A program made the position numbers and the translations under genes. 21,434 nucleotides of DNA from a virus (lineage: Duplodnaviria > Heunggongvirae > Uroviricota > Caudoviricetes), in the IMG/VR virus record IMGVR_UViG_2695420514_000017, positions 1 to 21,434 of that record; one strand, 5' to 3'. Positions 14,881-21,434 of the stretch are shown here, in pieces; position 1 is the first letter of the stretch; each line of letters begins with the position of its first letter. Below the pieces are notes generated by a model that was given only the letters and a program-made list of their open reading frames with translations, ran no database searches and was not told where the DNA came from.

Positions 14881-16134
14881 TTACTGCCCGGCAATAACGA
14901 TGCCCGTATATTCAGGAACAAGTACAGAGCAACCGTACAGGGTGGTGAAACGCGCAGTGGTTACACCTTTGATGTGGTCGAAGGCGTAAGACATGATCAG
15001 CGTAGCGCCCTGCTCGGTGGTTGCTGTCATTACCTGTGGACCCTGACCAGTCGGGAACGCCAGTTTGCCGTACATCAGTTCAACAGAACCATCAGCCCAG
15101 AACAGGTTAGCCGGTGCGGCATTTTTGTTGAGAATGGTGATTGCTGCGCTACTTGCCGCATTAGCATCAACGTTTGCATATGGACGGCTGGCGACATCCG
15201 CGTTGTCAGGCGGCAGAATTTTCGGGGATATAGTTACTGTCGTTCCGCTAACTGCCAGAACGCGGAATACCTGCGGCTGCCCAGTGGTATCTTTGGTGAT
15301 CTGGTGTACGGAATTCACCCCTGCGATGGTAAACGCATCGCCAACCTGCAAACCTTCAGCAGATACCGTAATGGTCCCCTGTCGGTTATCCACTGGCATA
15401 TCGTTAGCATCTTTCGCTTCAACCTTGTGCGCAGGTGCTGCTGCCAGCGTAATGGGAGTTGCTGTACCCTTCGGAACACGACCGGAAATATCGGTCTTGT
15501 AGCTATCGAAGGACGCAACCGGAGGGATCTGCGCTTTTTCGTATGCTGTCAGGGTTGCGCCCTGAGCATAAGCACGGTGACCAAGCTCGCCAGCAAGGTC
15601 TTTATAGTTGAAGGGATTCCAGAAAGAGCGGCGGTTGATACCCTGTGGTACACCAATCGCCGTCATGGTGGCATCAATACCTGCCGCACAGTTCCACAAA
15701 TCACGGCCCTGTGAACCAGTGGTTGAGTCAGCCATTGTGATCACGTTAGTAGCACGCTGCGTGACCATGGAAATCAGGTCAGAGTCAATCTGTGCAGCAA
15801 GGCGCATACCTGCGGCGCGACCAGCTTCAGTTTTATGCTCAGGGTCACGCATTTCACGCGCATCCAGAGTGTACAGAATGTTTTTCGGCTCCTTGAACAC
15901 AGAAGGAACAAGGCGCTGAACCAGTGCTGTTGGCGTTTTGCCGCTGAGGTCTAGGCCTTCCTCAATGTTCATGTGGTAATGCTGCGGACGATACAGAACA
16001 TCACCTGCTCGCTGCATTGCTGTATCACCGGGACGGAATTTTTTAGCGTTACGGGAAACTACGCAGGCGGCCTCAAAGCCTTCAACGTAGTTTTCGAACA
16101 TGATTTCAAGGTCTTTTGCTAATTGGTTAGCCAT
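14881..16134 (-). CDS. Major capsid (coat) protein, P22 gp5-like
   Basis: 417 aa in the position after scaffold. Motifs such as ...NLFWADGSVELMYG resemble P22 coat (NVFWADDAIRIV) as recalled. GGAG RBS 8 nt upstream. Confidence 0.9.
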   Translation of the reverse strand: MANQLAKDLEIMFENYVEGFEAACVVSRNAKKFRPGDTAMQRAGDVLYRPQHYHMNIEEGLDLSGKTPTALVQRLVPSVFKEPKNILYTLDAREMRDPEHKTEAGRAAGMRLAAQIDSDLISMVTQRATNVITMADSTTGSQGRDLWNCAAGIDATMTAIGVPQGINRRSFWNPFNYKDLAGELGHRAYAQGATLTAYEKAQIPPVASFDSYKTDISGRVPKGTATPITLAAAPAHKVEAKDANDMPVDNRQGTITVSAEGLQVGDAFTIAGVNSVHQITKDTTGQPQVFRVLAVSGTTVTISPKILPPDNADVASRPYANVDANAASSAAITILNKNAAPANLFWADGSVELMYGKLAFPTGQGPQVMTATTEQGATLIMSYAFDHIKGVTTARFTTLYGCSVLVPEYTGIVIAGQ

Positions 16135-16152
16135 GCTTAATGCTCCGATAGG

Positions 16153-17046
16153 TTATTTTTTTGCCTTTTTAGCGGCGAAATACGGCGTCCAGTCACCAGT
16201 TTCCAGCGCCTTGGCTTTCAATTTGTCGAGGTTGTTGATTACTGCGCCGTTGCTCCCCTTAACTGTCGGGGTTGTGGCTGCCGTGGTTTTTGCTTTTGGC
16301 ATGATTCTGGCCTTCGATTCGATACGTTCCAGCAGACGACCAATTGCTACGGGGTTGGTAGCTTCTGCCAGTTGCTTGCGCAGTTCAGCGTTGCGACCGA
16401 GTGCCAGAACAACGATTTCCGGCTTCTCTGACTCAAACAGGATCGCGTTTTGTGTCTCGATGGGGATTTCCTCGAGTACGACCTGTTCAGCTTCCTGATA
16501 GCCAGGAACTTTGAGAGCCTTAACACGTTGCTGATATTTGGATAATCGCTCTTGATAGGCAGCCTGAAGCTCCTGCTCCTTCTGCTTGCGAGCCATCTCC
16601 TGTTGCTGGTACTTGCCGTTATCCTCTGCCCACTTAGCCATGCGTTGCTGGTAGATTTCTTCATCGAAACCGATGTCCTCATCATCCAGTTTTGGCATTC
16701 GCGGTGGTTGAGTGATTACCGGCTGCTGCTCGACGGGTTTCTGAGACTGACGCATCAGCTCTTTCAGCTCACGGTCTTTCTCTTTAATCGTCTTGCGCAG
16801 GTGTTTTACCAGTCCATGCTCTGCGCCATCTTCGCTGGTTGGCGAATCCAGCTTTTCGTCACCAAAGTAGAATTCCTGTTCTGATTCGTCGGCATCAGTT
16901 TCAGTATCTTCCTCTACATCATTGCCGGAGGACTCACTGCCATCTTCTGTTTCGACTTCTTCAGCCAGTTCGACATCATCAGGAATCTGCTCTGACGCGT
17001 CGGTTTCGATTTCAACTTCTGGTGTGTTTTCTGCCATCTGGTCCAT
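16153..17046 (-). CDS. Scaffolding protein, P22 gp8-like
   Basis: 297 aa with a highly acidic N-terminus (D/E-rich), a long charged coiled-coil middle and a basic C-terminal helix-rich end. Lies between portal and coat. Confidence 0.85.
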   Translation of the reverse strand: MDQMAENTPEVEIETDASEQIPDDVELAEEVETEDGSESSGNDVEEDTETDADESEQEFYFGDEKLDSPTSEDGAEHGLVKHLRKTIKEKDRELKELMRQSQKPVEQQPVITQPPRMPKLDDEDIGFDEEIYQQRMAKWAEDNGKYQQQEMARKQKEQELQAAYQERLSKYQQRVKALKVPGYQEAEQVVLEEIPIETQNAILFESEKPEIVVLALGRNAELRKQLAEATNPVAIGRLLERIESKARIMPKAKTTAATTPTVKGSNGAVINNLDKLKAKALETGDWTPYFAAKKAKK

Positions 17047-17136
17047 TTGTTACCCCTGTTTACTCGATGTTCAGCCCATCGGAAGGCAATAGGGTGCCAG
17101 GCCTCATAAAGACAGCCATTGCACGTTATGGGTTAA

Positions 17137-19335
17137 TTACTGCTGTGGTTGTTGCTGAGTTGATTTTTGCAGGATGCTGCTGATGTCCATGCGCTGCGCA
17201 TGACCCTGTGTCTGACTTTTCAGGACAAGCTCTGCATCAGCACGGGCATTGTCTCCTTGCTGTTGCTGGAACTGTCCGAGCAGTTTCAGAGCCTCGCGGA
17301 TATCAGATTTCTGCTGACTATCGGCAGATGCGAGTATTTTCACAACATTTGCCGCTGCAACCTGAGCATCAGTCTGTGCCTGGAATGCTTTAACCTGAAT
17401 GGCTGCCTGTTCGTTCTGCGCTTTCTGCAATTCAGCCTGACCAGCAAGAAGCTGACCTTGCGCTGCAACCATAGCCGGATCTGGCTGACTGGCCTGTTGT
17501 TGTTTCGCCTGTTCAACCATCTGCTGTTCTTCAGGCGTTCTCGGCTTGATAACGCCAGACAGAAGCAACTGATTGCGGTTGTATTCTTTCAGGTCGTCCA
17601 TCCCTTCGCCGTCCATATTGTCGAGAATCATCGACGATACAAGGTCGTGCTTCGGCGTTCCTGGTGGGATAAGTGCCAGCATGGAAAGTAACGACTTAAC
17701 CGTTGCATCACGGCGAGTAGCGAACGACTGACCGACATCGACAGTCACTTCATAGTTACCCTGCGAAAGGTCGTTAAGCGCGATAACCTGCCCCGTCTGA
17801 CGGTCAACCACTTCACCAGTCATCAGCGCCACGTCATCGCTGCCGTCCTCATTAACGATACGCATCGGCGTATCGCTGCCATAGACTTCACGCGCCATAG
17901 AAAGCCACACAACGCCAGCGCGACGCATAGATTTAGCCATGTTGTCCATGTAGATATAGGACTGCGTATCCATCCGGTTAAAGATGCTATCAACGGTATC
18001 GGTAGCGACGTTGCTCGGCATGTTCTCAAGCTGCGACGCACCTGTAATTTGCTGAATAGCCGTTCCGGTGTACTGCAATAGCCCGGCAAGAGCAGGAGGC
18101 ATTTGTGTCGGAGGTGTATAACTGCTGACCTGAGCCTGCGCAGTAATATCTCCGTTTTTGTTTTTCAGACTGACCATCGGCAGGAACGCCGGGCGCTTTT
18201 TGTTGCGCTCCGCCCAATGAGTGGCGAGAGGACCAGGAATCATGTCAACATCAACTACAGGAATGCCATCACCGCCAGCCTGAGTAGCGTTATCTGCAAT
18301 CATGGAAACCATCAGGTTCTCAAGACGCTGTGCATCCATCGCTTTTGCTGCGTGGCCTTCGATTCGCTCCTGATTATCAACAAATGATCGACGCCCATAT
18401 ACCGGGATGAGAGGAATATGTTCGCCCGGAATACGCTTCGGTTCTTCCAGCCATTCAGCGCCAGACAGAAGACCGCAATAAACTCGGCGTTTCTTCACTG
18501 TCCGCTCGCCAATCAGTTCGAATGCGCCATCGGTCAGCTCGTCAACAATATCTTTGATTTGCTCTTCATCATAGATTGCCGTTTCTCCGCTGACAGGATT
18601 GCGCCACGCCGTGAGCTTCACCTTCTCTATGCGAACTTCGTAGTAGCGTCCAACATAGATGGCATCAGGTGTTGACCAGTCATATTGAGTACCAGTGTCA
18701 TCACGAGGAAGACTTGCCGCGATGGAATCAGGGTATTCAGCCTCGAACGCTTTAGGCGTCATGGAGAACATTTCCATAGCCCACATAGCATCAGAGCGGT
18801 CATATTGCTTGCTGTCCTGATCGAAGAAGACGCATGTCGCCGGGTCGTAAACAGGAAGAAGACTGATGCGTCGCTGCTCGTTACTCGGATCCATTTCATC
18901 TTCGTAATCGGCACACATGCGGAAACAACCGAATCCACCCGTTACGGCATCATCAAATGCGTTATCACACGCTTCGCCACCGGATGTTTCCTGATAGTCA
19001 GCGCGGAATTTGCCGTTCATTTTTTCGGCTAACGCTTCCGATGCCTTATCGTCCTTCGGCCTGAATTTAACGCTGATGCGATTCTGTCGATACTCGCCAA
19101 TGATGCGATCACATTCACGGGCAATCTTATTCAGTTCAAAGCGCGGGTAATGCTCAAACCTGCCTTCATCAAATGAGTAACCAGCGTTTGTGCTGCCTTC
19201 CCACTGTGCGCCGGATACCCGGACGAAACGTTGAGCCTCAATAATCTGCTCACGCATATCCTGCGTTGCTGACCAGGCATTATCAAAGTTGCACAGCACC
19301 TTGCGATGCCAGTCAGTCATCTTTTTTTCTGCCAT
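17137..19335 (-). CDS. Portal protein, P22 gp1-like
   Basis: 732 aa, directly downstream of TerL. Long C-terminal helical Q/A-rich tail (…QAQTDAQVAAANVV…QQQPQQ) typical of the P22-type portal barrel. Confidence 0.9.
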   Translation of the reverse strand: MAEKKMTDWHRKVLCNFDNAWSATQDMREQIIEAQRFVRVSGAQWEGSTNAGYSFDEGRFEHYPRFELNKIARECDRIIGEYRQNRISVKFRPKDDKASEALAEKMNGKFRADYQETSGGEACDNAFDDAVTGGFGCFRMCADYEDEMDPSNEQRRISLLPVYDPATCVFFDQDSKQYDRSDAMWAMEMFSMTPKAFEAEYPDSIAASLPRDDTGTQYDWSTPDAIYVGRYYEVRIEKVKLTAWRNPVSGETAIYDEEQIKDIVDELTDGAFELIGERTVKKRRVYCGLLSGAEWLEEPKRIPGEHIPLIPVYGRRSFVDNQERIEGHAAKAMDAQRLENLMVSMIADNATQAGGDGIPVVDVDMIPGPLATHWAERNKKRPAFLPMVSLKNKNGDITAQAQVSSYTPPTQMPPALAGLLQYTGTAIQQITGASQLENMPSNVATDTVDSIFNRMDTQSYIYMDNMAKSMRRAGVVWLSMAREVYGSDTPMRIVNEDGSDDVALMTGEVVDRQTGQVIALNDLSQGNYEVTVDVGQSFATRRDATVKSLLSMLALIPPGTPKHDLVSSMILDNMDGEGMDDLKEYNRNQLLLSGVIKPRTPEEQQMVEQAKQQQASQPDPAMVAAQGQLLAGQAELQKAQNEQAAIQVKAFQAQTDAQVAAANVVKILASADSQQKSDIREALKLLGQFQQQQGDNARADAELVLKSQTQGHAQRMDISSILQKSTQQQPQQ

Positions 19336-19336
19336 A

Positions 19337-20752
19337 TCAACCTACACCACAAGGAATTGAGTAACTGGAATAGTCGGGTTGCGCAGCCGACTCCGGGCAA
19401 TGCATACACATCATCAGCGCATCAGCCAGGTTAGGAGATGGAATCCCGAGCTTCTGTTTCATTTCGACCTTAGTCATAAGCTCCAGCTTCCCGTTGTTAT
19501 TGAATTTGCGCTGAATCTGCGTCAGTTCTGCAAACAGCTTCTCCAGCATCTTCTCGCCTATCGCTTCTTTGTCGAAACTCAGCATGTCGTCTGGGTCTGC
19601 ATACTCACCGTGAAAAACCGCCCGATATGTCAGATACAGCCTGTCAGCCAGCGCGTAATAGCATTGCGCTCGCTTATTGCGGAATACATCGCCAATAGTG
19701 CGAACGTTGTCGCCCTGTACGACTTCATCAGCCCATGCTCCGGCCTGATACGGTGCATCTTCATCGAATGGCGATTCGCTGCCCTTGAACATCGTGGCGG
19801 TGATTTTCTTGCCGGAGAACGCTTCCGTTGTCTGTCTGCGTAGCCCGGCACCAACACCATCACCATCCCACAGGTAATGGTCAGCGCCGTCTTCAATCGC
19901 CAGCGAAGTAGCCCAGTCAGCACCCTCGTTGATGTCCATCAGCAGACCTTCGGCAATGCGCTTAACAACCGAACCGTGACGCGATGCATAACCTTTAGCA
20001 TCCGGCCCTGTATCTGACGGGTCATGTGCAGAAACAACAGCGCCTTTCGCTTTCCATCCTAGTTTCTTGTGCGCATCGGTTGCGGCTTCAAGCCATTCAC
20101 GTTTGATGATTGCCATATCACTTGCGCTCACTGGCTCACCAAGCCAGATGTGACGATACAGGGTCGGATTTCTGCGTTTACACTCTTCCATCTCCAGACG
20201 GAGAACTTCAGGAAAGTGCGGGTTGTCGGTGTAGTTCACCGTCAGCAGGCAAATATCATCTGGAGGATTTACGACGAATCGCTGATAGGTATCGTCGAGG
20301 ATGTTTTTCGGGTTAAAGCTCACCCATATTTCGGAAAATGGCTTGCGGATGGTTGGTATCAGGATATCCCATGATTCCTTCGTTACCGCTTCCGCTTCCT
20401 CCACCCAGCAGATATCAATGCCTTCGAGCGATTTAATCTTCGTCGGGTTGTTTTTGATGCCGTAGAACATGAACTCAGCATTCGTTCCGAGATGACGAAT
20501 CATTGAACGCTGAATTTCAAACTCAGCCGAATACCCTTCCCGCTCTATGGTGTCTTCAAGCAACCGAATTACCGAATCGCTGATACTGTTTTGCAGCTCA
20601 CGAGCGCAAAGTATGCGCACAGGCTGCCTACGCGCCGCTTCAACAAGCAGCCTCGCAATTGCCCATGACTTACCGCTACCTCGACCGCCTTTGGCGACTT
20701 TGTAGCGATGCGCCTCAATGAACGGTTCAAAGATAGGATTGATCGTGGTCAT
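19337..20752 (-). CDS. Terminase large subunit
   Basis: 471 aa. Walker A motif VAKGGRGSGKSW near the N-terminus. Overall sequence closely matches the Sf6-type large terminase as recalled. Start overlaps the TerS stop (ATGA). Confidence 0.95.
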   Translation of the reverse strand: MTTINPIFEPFIEAHRYKVAKGGRGSGKSWAIARLLVEAARRQPVRILCARELQNSISDSVIRLLEDTIEREGYSAEFEIQRSMIRHLGTNAEFMFYGIKNNPTKIKSLEGIDICWVEEAEAVTKESWDILIPTIRKPFSEIWVSFNPKNILDDTYQRFVVNPPDDICLLTVNYTDNPHFPEVLRLEMEECKRRNPTLYRHIWLGEPVSASDMAIIKREWLEAATDAHKKLGWKAKGAVVSAHDPSDTGPDAKGYASRHGSVVKRIAEGLLMDINEGADWATSLAIEDGADHYLWDGDGVGAGLRRQTTEAFSGKKITATMFKGSESPFDEDAPYQAGAWADEVVQGDNVRTIGDVFRNKRAQCYYALADRLYLTYRAVFHGEYADPDDMLSFDKEAIGEKMLEKLFAELTQIQRKFNNNGKLELMTKVEMKQKLGIPSPNLADALMMCMHCPESAAQPDYSSYSIPCGVG

Positions 20753-21189
20753 TTTCCGAATAGAGTGCTCATCGGTGATGTTTCAATCTGAATTGCGCCG
20801 CCGTCTTTGCCTGTTAGCTCATGATCAACCTTGTCGCGCCATTTATCCTTCTGTCGGTTCTTAAGCCAGAAGATGGCAGCTGTTGTATCAGGCGGGTAAT
20901 ACTTCTCAAGCGGAGTTTCGACAATTCTGTTTTCAATAACACGAATATCGATGTCTGGAGCCACGAAGCCCATAGCGCGTTGATAAAGACGATCACTAAC
21001 TTCTGCATCAGCGACGGCCTTACCCTTTTTTATGGACTCCGAAAACTTAGGATAATCAAGCTTCCACTTGTTAATAGTTGACTCACTGACTTCGAAGAAA
21101 TCAGCAAGCTCTGCATCGGTGTAGCCCAGCAAGCACAGTTTGCGTGCCTGTTCGGCATACGCCTCTTGATACTTTGTTGGGCGCGCCAT
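20749..21189 (-). CDS. Terminase small subunit
   Basis: 146 aa immediately upstream of TerL. The C-terminal ELTGKDGGAIQIETSPMSTLFGK matches the Sf6-type TerS tail as recalled. The N-terminal region (MARPTKYQEAYAEQARKLCLLGYTDAELADFFEVSESTINKW) looks like a helix-turn-helix. Confidence 0.85.
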   Translation of the reverse strand: MARPTKYQEAYAEQARKLCLLGYTDAELADFFEVSESTINKWKLDYPKFSESIKKGKAVADAEVSDRLYQRAMGFVAPDIDIRVIENRIVETPLEKYYPPDTTAAIFWLKNRQKDKWRDKVDHELTGKDGGAIQIETSPMSTLFGK

Positions 21190-21191
21190 GT

Positions 21192-21434
21192 TTATGCTCC
21201 GGTAGTGAACAGGTCTAACGCTTCCTTCGATTTACGCACCGCTTCGAATGTGCGGATCGTGATATCTGAATTAGCGCCGCCTGACTGGAAGTGAATTTTG
21301 AATAGCTCAAGCTTCAACTCGTCAGTGCCAATGAACTGAAATGCTTCTTCTGCGGCTGCGTTCTGGTTCATGACCAGTTTGTAAATCTCTAACTGGAATT
21401 TCTGTTCTTCAGTCATGGGAATAATCTCTGCCAT
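21192..21434 (-). CDS. Hypothetical protein upstream of TerS; possibly 5'-truncated by the window edge
   Basis: 80-codon ORF ending 2 bp before the TerS start. An ATG sits exactly at the window boundary, so the true start cannot be determined. No family recognised. Confidence 0.45.
   Translation of the reverse strand: MAEIIPMTEEQKFQLEIYKLVMNQNAAAEEAFQFIGTDELKLELFKIHFQSGGANSDITIRTFEAVRKSKEALDLFTTGA

Larger units (their letters stand above)
1..21434 (-). mobile_element. Segment of a P22-like temperate podovirus genome or prophage: late (packaging, head, ejection, tail) operon plus immI region and lysogenic-conversion gene
   Basis: Gene order and protein content (TerS, TerL, portal, scaffold, coat, gp4, gp10, tail needle, gp14, gp7, gp20, gp16, mnt/arc/ant, tailspike) match the P22/Sf6 layout as I recall it. 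Late genes are tightly packed with TAATG/ATGA stop-start overlaps on the minus strand. Confidence 0.9.

Noticed and set aside
14827-15714. 295 aa plus-strand ORF
   Set aside because: It lies entirely antisense to the strongly supported coat gene. The translation is Cys/Arg-rich with low-complexity runs typical of an antisense frame, and there is no RBS.
17047-17136. 90 bp portal-scaffold intergenic region as a possible structured regulatory RNA element
   Set aside because: It is the largest gap in the late operon and scaffold genes are translationally autoregulated in P22, but I found only short 4-5 bp dyads and a G-rich RBS, with no convincing conserved structure.
16100-17183. Plus-strand ORFs 16100-16498, 16552-16884 and 16839-17183
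   Set aside because: They are antisense to the scaffold gene and the portal 3' end. The translations are Leu/Arg/His-rich, characteristic of the opposite strand of an acidic/helical gene. No independent support.
17167-19032. Several 60-174 aa plus-strand and short minus-strand ORFs inside the portal gene
   Set aside because: They are nested within or antisense to the portal coding sequence, with no start signals and non-protein-like composition.
19379-20374. ORFs 19379-19843 (+), 19630-19923 (-), 20069-20374 (+) and 20110-20316 (+)
   Set aside because: They are overlapping or antisense frames within the large terminase gene, whose own reading frame carries the Walker A motif and is clearly the coding frame.
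1-21434. Search for CRISPR arrays, tRNA/rRNA genes, an integrase or att site, and long tandem repeats
   Set aside because: No spaced direct-repeat array, no cloverleaf-like tRNA candidate and no recombinase-like ORF were seen. The integrase and attP of this element, if present, must lie outside the window, most likely beyond the acetyltransferase end.

Overview
This 21.4 kb window is a contiguous block of a P22-like temperate podovirus (Lederbergvirus-type) genome or prophage. All family assignments rest on reading the translated ORFs against protein sequences recalled from memory; no database search was run. Almost all genes lie on the minus strand in the canonical late-operon order, read from high to low coordinates: small terminase, large terminase, portal, scaffold, coat, gp4, gp10, tail needle, gp14, three ejection proteins (gp7, gp20, gp16), then an immI-type module (mnt, arc, ant), the tailspike, and a convergent plus-strand O-antigen acetyltransferase. 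Three things deserve a second look. (1) Where P22 carries sieA, between mnt and gp16 (about 5778-7474), there is instead an AT-richer island of six small unrecognised ORFs with their own terminators; it includes a secreted protein, a small membrane/secreted peptide, an HExxH-motif protein and a YjzC-like protein, and is the best place in the window to look for an undescribed exclusion, defence or anti-defence function. (2) The arc-ant junction carries a candidate sar-like antisense RNA (extended -10 promoter inside ant, plus-strand intrinsic terminator), and the arc/mnt intergenic region holds a perfect 17 bp palindrome over the predicted Pant -10. (3) The tailspike is mosaic, with a conserved head-binding N-terminus and a divergent receptor-binding body, and sits beside a long two-domain acetyltransferase, consistent with a serotype-conversion pairing. 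No CRISPR array, rRNA, tRNA, integrase or att site is visible.
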